Origin: an uncultured Bacteroidales bacterium | GTDB lineage: Bacteria > Bacteroidota > Bacteroidia > Bacteroidales > UBA932 | Direction of reading: 5' to 3' | Length of the DNA stretch: 64,000 nt | NCBI GenBank assembly: GCA_946406355.1 | Contig: CAMJKI010000001.1 | Location: forward strand, 3,359 to 67,358 | Part shown: piece after piece, positions 17,880 through 27,212 of the stretch | Numbering within the stretch: position 1 is the first letter of the stretch | Layout: each line of letters begins with the position of its first letter | Translations under genes and position numbers: made by a program | Notes under the pieces: model-generated | Told to the model about the DNA's origin: nothing | Seen by the model: only the letters and a program-made list of their open reading frames with translations | Database searches by the model: none

Positions 17880-19018
17880 TCCAGATCGTCCGGATCCGTT
17901 ACCGCGGTTCCGGTACCCATCAGATAGGTTTTCATGAATTCGTTCAGGTCCCCGTCCAGTACGCCCTGTGTATCGGCCGTACTGCAACCGGTGCGCAGAT
18001 CCTTTACCAGCTTATAGGGATGCAGCACGTAATTGCGGATTTGGGAGCCCCACTCAATCCGTTTTTTCTGGCCCTCCAGTTCGGCCTGCTTTTCCTGCCT
18101 TTTCTTTAACTCAATATCGTACAGGCGGGATTTCAAGATTAGCAGCGCCCGCTGCCGGTTGTCCTGCTGGCTGCGGGTTTCCGTATTTTCTACCATGATA
18201 CCGGAGGGCAGGTGCCGCACGCGTACGCCGGTTTCCACCTTGTTCACGTTCTGGCCGCCATGGCCGCCGCTGCGGAAGGTGTCCCACTCCAGGTCGGAAG
18301 GATTGATTTCGATATTGATGCTGTCGTCCACCAGGGGATATACAAACACGCTGGAGAAAGTAGTCTGGCGCTTTCCCTGGGCATTGAAGGGGGATATGCG
18401 CACCAGGCGGTGCACGCCGTTTTCGGCCTTCAGATAGCCGTAGGCATAGTCTCCCTCCACCTCTATGGTGCAGCTCTTGATGCCGGCTTCCTCCCCTTCC
18501 AGCAGGGAGGTGACGGTGTATTTGTAGCCGTTGCGCTCGCACCAACGCAGGTACATGCGCATGAGCATGGCGCTCCAGTCGTTGGCTTCCGTGCCGCCGG
18601 CGCCGGAATTGATGGTGAGTACGGCGCCCAGATTGTCGCCTTCATTGCCCAGCATATTGCGAAGCTCCAAAGCCTCCACCGCCTCCACTGCCTCTTGATA
18701 AGCCGATTCAAGTTCCTTTGTTTCAGGCGTTTCCATTGCCTCATCCTCGCTGCCGGAAAGGCTTTCCCTGGCAAAGTCGTACAGCACCTCCAGGTCCTCG
18801 GCCTGGCTGCGGGCCTTGTCGAAATCCGTTACCCACGACTTTACGCCGGAAAGCCTTTTGAGAAAGGCCTCCGCGGCTTTAGGGTCTCCCCAAAAGTCCG
18901 GAGCCAGCGTCTCCTGCGTTTTGGCCGCCACTTCCTTCCGCTTCCCGGCAATGTCCAGGCAGCTTTCCAGGCTCTTTACCCGCTCCTGCAGGTCGCGTAT
19001 CTGTTCCAGCGTAATCAT
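17876..19018 (-). CDS. prfB: Peptide chain release factor 2 (uninterrupted ORF)
   Basis: GAGGTEANDW, GVHRLVRISPF (SPF), SGGHGGQNVNKVE, WGSQIRNYV. Confidence 0.96.
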   Translation of the reverse strand: MITLEQIRDLQERVKSLESCLDIAGKRKEVAAKTQETLAPDFWGDPKAAEAFLKRLSGVKSWVTDFDKARSQAEDLEVLYDFARESLSGSEDEAMETPETKELESAYQEAVEAVEALELRNMLGNEGDNLGAVLTINSGAGGTEANDWSAMLMRMYLRWCERNGYKYTVTSLLEGEEAGIKSCTIEVEGDYAYGYLKAENGVHRLVRISPFNAQGKRQTTFSSVFVYPLVDDSINIEINPSDLEWDTFRSGGHGGQNVNKVETGVRVRHLPSGIMVENTETRSQQDNRQRALLILKSRLYDIELKKRQEKQAELEGQKKRIEWGSQIRNYVLHPYKLVKDLRTGCSTADTQGVLDGDLNEFMKTYLMGTGTAVTDPDDLD

Positions 19019-19067
19019 GCTTGCAAAGATAGTGAAAATCCAAAAGAATTATTCGTATCTTTACAAC

Positions 19068-20120
19068 ATGAAACGCCTTTTATCCATTTTTATGATGCTG
19101 TCCCTGCTCCTCATTGCCTGTAAGGAGCAGCATTCCACTCCGGAGGAAATAGAAGAAACAGAGCAAGCCGCATTGCCGCCAAGCGGACCCATAGTGGTGG
19201 GATATGCCACGTACTGGGACACTACCCTGCCCAATACCACCCTGCTCACCCATATTGTGTATTCCTTCGCCCACATCAAGGGCGACTTCGAGACCCTGGA
19301 CATCCAGAACGAAAGCCGGCTCAAGCAAATCGTCGCCCTTAAAAAGAAGAATCCCAAGCTTACGGTTCAGCTTTCCGTGGGCGGCTGGGGCGCCGGCAAC
19401 TTCAGCGAAATGGCGGCCAGCGAAAAACACCGGAAGCAGTTCTGCAAAAACTGCCTTTCGGCCGTAAAGAATTATGGTCTGGACGGCATCGACCTGGACT
19501 GGGAGTATCCCACCAGCGGCGTCGCCGGCATCAGCCACTCCCCCGAAGACACCCGGAACTTCACCCTGCTGCTCAAAGATTTGCGGGAAGCGCTGGGCAG
19601 CCAGCGGCTCATCACCATGGCATCGGCCGCCAACGCCCAGTACATTAACTTCAAAGACGCCATCTTTTACCTGAACTATGTGAATGTAATGACGTACGAC
19701 ATGGGCAGGCCTCCCTACCACAACGCCGGCCTGTACCCCTCGGACAAGACCGAAATCAGCTGCGACGAATCGGTTGCCCTGCACTATGCCGCAGGCGTTC
19801 CCTACAATAAAATAGTCATGGGCATCACCTTCTTCGGCCGGGCCGACGGAAAAGCCTTCGGCGGAGAAGACGAGATTGATTTCAAAGACATCAAAACCAC
19901 CGGGTACAACGTTTGCCGGGACGACAAAGCCAAAGTGCCCTATCTTACCGACCAATCCGGAACGATGGTGCTGTCCTACGACGACGAAACCTCCGTGGGC
20001 CTGAAGGCCGATTATATCAGGCAGAAAGGTCTGTTGGGCGCCATGTACTGGAACATAGAGGCCGACGACAAGGCCTGGACGTTGTCCAAGGCCATTGCAA
20101 CCCGTCTGCTGGAACAGTAA
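19068..20120 (+). CDS. Glycoside hydrolase family 18 (chitinase-like) lipoprotein
   Basis: LIAC lipobox; SVGGWG, catalytic DGIDLDWEYP, VMTYDM, GAMYW. Confidence 0.9.
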   Translation: MKRLLSIFMMLSLLLIACKEQHSTPEEIEETEQAALPPSGPIVVGYATYWDTTLPNTTLLTHIVYSFAHIKGDFETLDIQNESRLKQIVALKKKNPKLTVQLSVGGWGAGNFSEMAASEKHRKQFCKNCLSAVKNYGLDGIDLDWEYPTSGVAGISHSPEDTRNFTLLLKDLREALGSQRLITMASAANAQYINFKDAIFYLNYVNVMTYDMGRPPYHNAGLYPSDKTEISCDESVALHYAAGVPYNKIVMGITFFGRADGKAFGGEDEIDFKDIKTTGYNVCRDDKAKVPYLTDQSGTMVLSYDDETSVGLKADYIRQKGLLGAMYWNIEADDKAWTLSKAIATRLLEQ

Positions 20121-20142
20121 AAATGACTATATTTGTGCAGCT

Positions 20143-20895
20143 ATGGCAAGCATCGGCATATTCGACTCCGGCGCCGGCGGGCTGTCCGTGTACAGGGAAC
20201 TGGTAAAGCTGCTCCCCAGGGAACGCTATCTCTATTTCTCGGACAACGCGCACTGCCCGTATGGGGAAAAGACGCCCCGGTACATCCAGGAGCGGGGCCG
20301 CGCCATTACGGAAATCCTGCTGGGCCTGGGGGCCGATATTATTGTGGTAGCCTGCAACACTGCCACGGCCGCGGCCATCGCCACCCTGCGGGAAGAATAC
20401 CCGGCGGTGCCTTTCATCGGCATGGAACCGGCGGTTAAACCCGCCGCTCTGGGTACCCGGAGCGGGGTAATTGGCGTTCTGGCCACCGCGGGCACCCTCA
20501 AGGGCTCCAAATACCTCAAAACCAGGGGCCTCTACGAAGACAATGTTAAAATTGTAGAGCACGTGGGCCAGGGATTCGTGGAACTGGTGGAAGGCGGCAT
20601 CCTGGACGGTCCGGAGGCCGAGGCCACCGTGCGCGCCTCCCTGCAGCCCCTGCTGGATGCCGGAGCCGATACCATAGTACTGGGCTGCACCCACTACCCT
20701 TTCCTGCAGCCTGTCATCGAACGGCTGGCGGGGCCGGACGTAAAAGTGATAGACCCGGCTCCGGCTGTAGCCCGGCAAACGGTCCGCATCTTGCAGGAAA
20801 AGGGTATCCCCACCGGTGAGGGGCCGTTCTCCGTAGATCTGTATTTCTCCGGAGAACCGGATTCACTGCAGCGCATTTTTAAGCTTGTACAGTAG
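20143..20895 (+). CDS. murI: Glutamate racemase
   Basis: IGIFDSGAGGLSV, PYGEK, VACNTAT, VLGCTHYPF. Confidence 0.96.
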   Translation: MASIGIFDSGAGGLSVYRELVKLLPRERYLYFSDNAHCPYGEKTPRYIQERGRAITEILLGLGADIIVVACNTATAAAIATLREEYPAVPFIGMEPAVKPAALGTRSGVIGVLATAGTLKGSKYLKTRGLYEDNVKIVEHVGQGFVELVEGGILDGPEAEATVRASLQPLLDAGADTIVLGCTHYPFLQPVIERLAGPDVKVIDPAPAVARQTVRILQEKGIPTGEGPFSVDLYFSGEPDSLQRIFKLVQ

Positions 20896-20896
20896 T

Positions 20897-22135
20897 ATGA
20901 AACGCATCCTTATCATATTATGGGCTCTCTTTGGGAGCCTTTTCCTGCAGGCGCAGGTGATTCCCGGCATCGAGGTGCTGGAGCAGAACGGCTTCGAGGA
21001 GCTTTTGGGCAAACGCGTGGGCCTGGTCACCAACCCCAGCGGTGTGGACCGGCAGCTGCGCTCCACCATCGACATCCTCTTTGAGGCGCCCCAGGTGAAT
21101 CTGGTGGCCCTGTACGGCCCGGAGCACGGCGTGCGGGGCGACGCCTATGCCGGCGACCATGTGGAAAGCAGCCTGGACCCCAAGACCGGCCTTCCCGTTT
21201 ATTCACTGTACGGCCCCACCCGGGAACCTACCCAGAAGATGCTGGAAGGAATAGACGTGATGGTGTACGACATTCAGGATGTGGGTACCCGCAGTTACAC
21301 CTTTATCTCCACCCTCGGCCTGGTAATGCGCGCCTGCGCCAAGGCCGATATAGAAGTGCTGGTGCTGGACCGTCCCAATCCCCTGGGCGGCCTCAAGGTG
21401 GAAGGACCGTACGTGGAAGAGAACTTCCACTCCTTTGTAAGTGAATTCCGCATACCCTATGTCTATGGCCTCACCGTGGGCGAACTGGCCGGCCTCATCA
21501 ACGAGGAAGGCCTCAACCGCGGACAGAACGGCAAGGAGGAGCCCCTCAAGTGCCGGCTGAACGTTGTTCCCATGCGGGGCTGGCAGCGCTGGATGCAGTA
21601 CCGCGACACTGGCCTGCCCTGGATCCTGCCCTCCCCCAACATCCCCTCGGAGGCATCGGCCCTGGGCTATCCCTGCGCCGGCATCTGCGGAGAAATCGGC
21701 CATCTGAACATCGGCGTGGGCTATACCATCCCCTTCCAGACCTTCGCCGCCACTTGGATCGATGCCGACAAGCTCAAGGAACGGCTGGACAGTTACAAAA
21801 TCCCCGGTACGGCCTTCCGTACCATCCACTACAAGCCCATCTCCGGGAGCCTTTCCGGCAAGCTGGTGCACGGGGTACAGTTCTTCTTCCCGGACTATGA
21901 AGCAGCCACCATCACCCTCACCCAGTTTTACGTGATGCAGGCCGTCCAGGAGCTGTTCCCGGGCCACAATCCCTTCCCGCTCAAGAGCACCAGAATGCTG
22001 GATATTGTTTGTGGTACGGATTATGTAAGGACTACTTTCGGAAAGCGTTTGCAAGTCTCCGACATCGTTGATTTTTGGAACAAGGACGCAGAAGATTTCA
22101 AGACGGTTTCCCGGCAGTATTACTTATACCAATAA
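20897..22135 (+). CDS. namZ: DUF1343/YbbC family exo-beta-N-acetylmuramidase (NamZ-like)
   Basis: GLVTNPSG, PEHGVRG, YDIQDVGTRSYT, LDRPNP, W..PSPNIP; N-terminal signal peptide. Confidence 0.85.
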   Translation: MKRILIILWALFGSLFLQAQVIPGIEVLEQNGFEELLGKRVGLVTNPSGVDRQLRSTIDILFEAPQVNLVALYGPEHGVRGDAYAGDHVESSLDPKTGLPVYSLYGPTREPTQKMLEGIDVMVYDIQDVGTRSYTFISTLGLVMRACAKADIEVLVLDRPNPLGGLKVEGPYVEENFHSFVSEFRIPYVYGLTVGELAGLINEEGLNRGQNGKEEPLKCRLNVVPMRGWQRWMQYRDTGLPWILPSPNIPSEASALGYPCAGICGEIGHLNIGVGYTIPFQTFAATWIDADKLKERLDSYKIPGTAFRTIHYKPISGSLSGKLVHGVQFFFPDYEAATITLTQFYVMQAVQELFPGHNPFPLKSTRMLDIVCGTDYVRTTFGKRLQVSDIVDFWNKDAEDFKTVSRQYYLYQ

Positions 22136-22154
22136 CTGTTAAAACTCAGATGCT

Positions 22155-23618
22155 ATGAAAAGGTTTATGACATTTGCCGCTTCTCTGGTAATGGCCATCG
22201 CCATGCTCACAGCACCCGATATGCTGGCCCAGAGCCGCTCCTCCCGCGGGAGCAACGGCAGCAGCACCCGCTCTTCCCAGAGCACTTCTTCCTCTACCCG
22301 GAGCTCTTCCAGCAGCTCCGCTACCCGGTCTTCCAACAGCGGCGTCAGCCGTTCTTCCGAAGGCAGCAGCACCCGGTCTTCCAGCGCCGTACAGCAGGAC
22401 AACCGTAACCGCAGCACCGGCAGCAGCTCCACCCGCTCTTCCAACAGCGGCGTCAGCCGTTCTTCCGAAGGCAGCAGCACCCGGTCTTCCAGCGCCGTAC
22501 GGCAGGATAACCGCAACCGCAGCACTGGCAGCAGCTCCACCCGGTCTTCCAGCAGCGGAACCTCCACCCGGTCTTCCAGCAGCACCAGCCGTTCCTCCGG
22601 CAGTACTGTAAGCCGTTCCGAAAGCAGCGTACGCTCTTCCGGCAGCGTGTCCAACAGCAGCCGTTCTTCCGGCACCGTGCAGCAGGATAACCGCAACAGC
22701 AGCAACTCCAGCGTCCGCGCCGGATCCACCGCCATTACCGGCGGAAACGTACGGGCCACCAATGCCGACCGCGGAGGTCTTTCCTCCGGCAATGCCAATG
22801 ACAAGCCTGTCCAGCAGCCTCAGGAGCCCTACCGCGACAACAGCTACAATTACCGCTACGACGACGGTTTCCGGGTGGATGACCACCACGAGATGTACCG
22901 TGTTGCTCCCCGCCAGCGCGAGCCGATGGCCTGGGACCGTCCCGGACACTTCTGGGGTGACCAGCCTCACTACTACGGATACCGCATCCACACCATTCCT
23001 CCGCACTGGCGCCGCATCACCCACTGGGGTATCGACTACTACTATTACAACGGCATTTACTATCGTCCTTTCGGCGGTTCTTACGTAATCTGCCGTCCTC
23101 CTTTCGGAACCCCTCTGGAGATGGCCATCGACAGAGCCATCCTCAAAGTGATCCGCTTTGCCTACTACTGCGACACCTATCGCACCTACAACACGGTCTT
23201 TGACAACTACAGCGTGATTGCCCGGCAGAACCTGATCATTGCCCAGAACAACGCCCGCATCGCAGCCCAAAACGCCAACTACGCGTTAAACGCCAACAAG
23301 GCGCTGTCGGCCTACGAACTGGCCAATATGCTGGGCCTGGTACAGAGCTATGCCTACGCCAACTCCGAGTACTTCTATCAGGACGGTGTGTTCTACAGCA
23401 TCAATGCTTCCGGAACCTTCACTACCATTGTTCCTCCGGCCGGTGCCCTGGTCACCTCGCTGCCGGACGACTACGAGGTAATTGTGATGAACGGCATAGA
23501 GTACTACCTGGTGGACAACACCGTATACCGCACCACCGTTTTCGAGGGCGAACCCTTCCTGGAGGTGCTGGGTCAGATGTACGGCAGTCTGTACAACCAG
23601 TACAACATCTACCGTTAG
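22155..23618 (+). CDS. Secreted protein with Ser/Arg-rich disordered region and aromatic C-terminal (DUF6515-like) domain
   Basis: Signal peptide, about 190 aa of low-complexity S/R/G/T sequence, then YYYYNGIYY...RPPFG and PPAGALV..LP.DYE motifs. Confidence 0.75.
   Translation: MKRFMTFAASLVMAIAMLTAPDMLAQSRSSRGSNGSSTRSSQSTSSSTRSSSSSSATRSSNSGVSRSSEGSSTRSSSAVQQDNRNRSTGSSSTRSSNSGVSRSSEGSSTRSSSAVRQDNRNRSTGSSSTRSSSSGTSTRSSSSTSRSSGSTVSRSESSVRSSGSVSNSSRSSGTVQQDNRNSSNSSVRAGSTAITGGNVRATNADRGGLSSGNANDKPVQQPQEPYRDNSYNYRYDDGFRVDDHHEMYRVAPRQREPMAWDRPGHFWGDQPHYYGYRIHTIPPHWRRITHWGIDYYYYNGIYYRPFGGSYVICRPPFGTPLEMAIDRAILKVIRFAYYCDTYRTYNTVFDNYSVIARQNLIIAQNNARIAAQNANYALNANKALSAYELANMLGLVQSYAYANSEYFYQDGVFYSINASGTFTTIVPPAGALVTSLPDDYEVIVMNGIEYYLVDNTVYRTTVFEGEPFLEVLGQMYGSLYNQYNIYR
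22323..22538 (+). repeat. Intragenic tandem duplication, 2 x 108 bp (36 aa)
   Basis: TRSSNSGVSRSSEGSSTRSSSAV(Q/R)QDNRNRSTGSSS units start at 22323 and 22431. Confidence 0.9.
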
Positions 23619-23652
23619 CAGAATCCAAGCAACTGTAGTTCAACGCTTTAAT

Positions 23653-23692
23653 AGTTTCCCGGTGCAAATTTAATTGCACCGGGAAACTTTTA
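23653..23692. terminator. Intrinsic terminator between convergent genes
   Basis: 15-bp perfect stem AGTTTCCCGGTGCAA/TTGCACCGGGAAACT followed by TTTATTT. Confidence 0.8.
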
Positions 23693-23725
23693 TTTCGCTG
23701 ACACTGAATGGATTACACTCCACAC

Positions 23726-25006
23726 CTATTTGCGGCCGAAAGATTCCGGAAGGCCGCGGCGGGCTATAAGGACGGCGGTGGCTGTACCGAGGCCGCAGAG
23801 GAGCACCAGGCCGAAGTACCAGGTGTAGCCCAGGGCCTCCTGCAGCATGCCTGCCACCAAGCCGGGCAACATCATGGAGGCCGCCATGAAAGCGGTGCAG
23901 AGGGAATAGTGGGAGGTTTTGAACTCCCCTTCCGATACGTAAATCATATAGAGGGAATAGGCCGTGAAGCCGAAACCGTAACCGAACTGTTCAATAAAGA
24001 CGCAAACACCCACAGCCCACAGCGGCACCGTCTGGACCAGCGCCATATAAAGGTACACCACACAGGGAAGAGCCAGCGAGGCCGCCATCGGCCAGAGGGA
24101 ACGCCGGAGCCCGTGCCGGGAAATAAAAACACCGCCCAGGATGCCGCCCAGCACAATGCCGACAACCCCCACCGTATTGTTGATGAGGCCGAAGTCTACC
24201 GTGGAAAGGCCCATGCCGCCCTCGGAAACCGGATCTACCAGAAAGGCCGGGAGCAGCTTCAGGGCAAAGGCCTCCGGCAGACGGTACAGCAGCATAAAAG
24301 CAATGCCCGCCCAGGCCAGGGGCTTCCGGAAAAAGGTGGCGAAGGTACGGCCGAACTCCTTGAAAACCGCCCCGAAAGAATGGCTGGAGCGGGCGGTATC
24401 GGCCGAAGGTTTGGGCAGGGCCCAGAGGTTATACAGCGTTATTACCGTCCATACCGCCGCTACGGCCAGCAGGGTGAGACGCCAGGCCCGGGGGATGTCT
24501 CCGCGGCTCTCCAGCACCCCCGCCAGCACCACCAGCGCCCCCTGCACAAACAGGTTGGCAATCCGGTAAAACGTGCTCCGGATGCCCACAAAGAAGGACT
24601 GCTCCCCTTCCGAGAGGCCCAACATATAAAAGCCGTCGGCCGCTATGTCGTGCGTGGCCGAAGCAAAGGCCGATATCCAGAACAGCACCAGCGTGGCCGA
24701 AAACAGCGACACCTCGCTGCCGGTGGTCCGGGGCAGCGAAAAGGCCAGTGCAGCAAAAAGGCCGCACAGAAGCAATTGCATGGCCGTAACCCACCAGCGC
24801 TTGGTCCTGAGGATGTCCACAAAAGGGCTCCAGAAGGGCTTGATGAGCCAGGGCAGGTACAGCAGGCTGGTGTAAAGGGCCATATCGGCATTCCCCATCC
24901 CCATCCGCTTGAACAGAATCACGGAGATATTGTTGATTACAAAGTACGGGACACCTTCGGCAAAATACAGGGAAGGAACCCAGAGCCAGGGAGAACGGGG
25001 TTTCAT
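23726..25006 (-). CDS. ampG: AmpG-like muropeptide MFS permease
   Basis: WVPSLYFAEG.PY, PW.IKP.WSP.VD, SATHDIAADGFY, EQFGYGFG. Confidence 0.85.
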   Translation of the reverse strand: MKPRSPWLWVPSLYFAEGVPYFVINNISVILFKRMGMGNADMALYTSLLYLPWLIKPFWSPFVDILRTKRWWVTAMQLLLCGLFAALAFSLPRTTGSEVSLFSATLVLFWISAFASATHDIAADGFYMLGLSEGEQSFFVGIRSTFYRIANLFVQGALVVLAGVLESRGDIPRAWRLTLLAVAAVWTVITLYNLWALPKPSADTARSSHSFGAVFKEFGRTFATFFRKPLAWAGIAFMLLYRLPEAFALKLLPAFLVDPVSEGGMGLSTVDFGLINNTVGVVGIVLGGILGGVFISRHGLRRSLWPMAASLALPCVVYLYMALVQTVPLWAVGVCVFIEQFGYGFGFTAYSLYMIYVSEGEFKTSHYSLCTAFMAASMMLPGLVAGMLQEALGYTWYFGLVLLCGLGTATAVLIARRGLPESFGRK

Positions 25007-27210
25007 AGGGTGGTGCCGGGATAATAGAAGGACAGGATTTCACGGTAGGACTTGCCGGAAGCGGCCATTACGGCGGCACCAATCTGGCACAGCCCCACGC
25101 CATGCCCCCATCCATGCCCGCGGAAGACCACCTGAGAGCCCTTGAAAGCCACATCGAACCAGGAGCTGTAAAGATGGCTCCGGGAGAAGAACTTCCTGAT
25201 AATAAGCTCCTTGCCGATAATAACAGCGCCTTTGGTGCCCGTTACGCGCAGGCGGGTGATGCGACCGGAACCGCCTCGCTCCAGCGGCTCAATAGCGGTT
25301 ATGAGCCCCACGTCTTCCCCGGAGCGTTCGGCAAACAGGGCCGACAGTTCCTCTACGTCATAGCGGACCTCCCAGTCGTGGAAGTCCTTGGTTTCCAAAT
25401 CGTAATCGTTTAATACCTGCTGCAGGACGGCTTCATCGCGGGTATTGCACCAGGGATCCTCATGCACGGTGAGGTAGGGATAATCCACATCTTCCCAGGC
25501 GGCGCTGAAACGTTCCGTACGTCCGCCGCAGCACTTGTGGAAGCGGGCATCCACCAGTTCCCCGTTGTAGCGCAGCACCTGTCCCCAGGTTTCGTCAATG
25601 GCTTCACGCACAGCCTCTCCAACCGCATAGGTAAGGCCCTGATAGCGCTGACAGTGATCGTCGGCACAAACGTCAAAACGCTGATGGTCTTCGTGATTGA
25701 ACCAGCGGCGGATTTCCCGGGAGGGGCTGTCCGGAGCGGCATCGGCCCGCTGCGTATCCAGCCAGGTTACCAGGGAAGGCGTTCCCCTGAACTCCGGGCC
25801 GCTGCGGGCGGGTTTTCCGGCCTTCCGTTGCTGCACCTGGGCCATCACCCAGGAGCGGGAAATGACGGCATGGGCCTTCAGGAACTCCGGCGAAGCGCTG
25901 GCCTTCATTTCCGAAGCTATAACGCTTAGCAAATAGTCCTCCAGGCCTATCACATTCACCGCCTGTACTTTACCGCCGTCCACAATGAACTTGAGGGCGC
26001 CGGCAAAACGCTCCTCCTGCTTTCTCTCCCAATGGAAGCCGATGCCGATAACTACATCGTGCAGGATGAAGGAAGGTTCGGCGAACAGGGTGGAAATGCT
26101 GGGCGCCTCGAACTCCAGCTCGTCGTAGAGCATGCCGTTGTAGTCAATCTTGCCCTCCCGGTAGGATACCTTTTGAGGGCCGGCACCGTCGGAAATAATC
26201 TCGAAAGTGATTTCCGGCGCCGACAGGATACCCACCTCAATCTTGGGCTGGGTGCGCACCAGACGCCACAGGAGGCGCTTTTCCTGGGCTTCGGAAATGG
26301 ACACGTCGTCCAGGATTTCACCCAGGATGCGGGCGTCTATCCGGTCAAAATCCTTCACCTCCGGCACCACCACAAAGCCAGCCATCTCGGCCGCTCCGGG
26401 ACGGATGGAGAAGTTGTCCTCCCCCTGGGCATTATAATGGCGGGGCACATCGCTTCCGCGCATAGCCACCAGGGCCCGGTATTCGCCCTCGCTGCACCAG
26501 GTGAAGGCGTTAAAACGGGGCTCCGTCTCCTCCCCCGCCAGGTTTTCGCAGTCCAGCAGCCGGTAGAAAAGCTTGGCCATGGACTTGGCCGTAAGAGCCC
26601 GAAGCATGAAGATGCCGCGGGTAAAATGCTTGTAATGGAACAGCTGGGCATCCCGCACGGAAGCCACGAACTCCAGGTCTCCCTGCAGAGCCTCCGGCAC
26701 GGCACCGTCCAGGCCGGCCATCGCGTGCAGGAGCCTTTCCGCCGCCCGTTCCAAAGGGATATAGCCCTTGGGACAGGCCTGGAAATGGGCATGCCCGGGC
26801 ACCGTAGTACCGCTGTTGGGACTGTTGTAGAAAACGATATAGTCGCTCATGGAGGCCGACAGGTCCAGCATATCCGGGAAACGGTGCCAGATGGTCTGGG
26901 GAACGTGGATGTCCCGCGTAATTACCAGATGATTGGGGAAAATGGGTGCCCGGTTTACCAGGATATTGTACTTGCGGCCCTTCCGTCCCTCGAACGGGAG
27001 GGTGTGCTGATGCTCCATGTAATTCTCTTCACAAAGCGGACAGCCGTGGTCGAAGATGGGAAGCCGGCCCGGATTGGACTGCAGGGTGACCAGAATACCG
27101 CCGAAGGGCATCGTGCGGGTATTGGCACGCTTGAGGGCGCGGTACTTGGCCGCCACCGCCGGCCACACCGACAGCTGATCGTGAACGAATTTGTCGATAT
27201 CGCTTGCCAT
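25003..27210 (-). CDS. Fusion protein: N-terminal DUF4922-like (HxHxQ) domain plus C-terminal SpoIID/LytB domain
   Basis: N-part: QSNPGR, CPLC, Y.ILVN..PIFP.HL, GHAHFQ. C-part: GIGFHWE, EDYL.SVI.SEM, KAHAVISRSW, DVCADDHCQRYQG, GHGWGHGVGLCQIGA, IL.FYYPG. Confidence 0.85.
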   Translation of the reverse strand: MASDIDKFVHDQLSVWPAVAAKYRALKRANTRTMPFGGILVTLQSNPGRLPIFDHGCPLCEENYMEHQHTLPFEGRKGRKYNILVNRAPIFPNHLVITRDIHVPQTIWHRFPDMLDLSASMSDYIVFYNSPNSGTTVPGHAHFQACPKGYIPLERAAERLLHAMAGLDGAVPEALQGDLEFVASVRDAQLFHYKHFTRGIFMLRALTAKSMAKLFYRLLDCENLAGEETEPRFNAFTWCSEGEYRALVAMRGSDVPRHYNAQGEDNFSIRPGAAEMAGFVVVPEVKDFDRIDARILGEILDDVSISEAQEKRLLWRLVRTQPKIEVGILSAPEITFEIISDGAGPQKVSYREGKIDYNGMLYDELEFEAPSISTLFAEPSFILHDVVIGIGFHWERKQEERFAGALKFIVDGGKVQAVNVIGLEDYLLSVIASEMKASASPEFLKAHAVISRSWVMAQVQQRKAGKPARSGPEFRGTPSLVTWLDTQRADAAPDSPSREIRRWFNHEDHQRFDVCADDHCQRYQGLTYAVGEAVREAIDETWGQVLRYNGELVDARFHKCCGGRTERFSAAWEDVDYPYLTVHEDPWCNTRDEAVLQQVLNDYDLETKDFHDWEVRYDVEELSALFAERSGEDVGLITAIEPLERGGSGRITRLRVTGTKGAVIIGKELIIRKFFSRSHLYSSWFDVAFKGSQVVFRGHGWGHGVGLCQIGAAVMAASGKSYREILSFYYPGTTL

Positions 27211-27212
27211 AG

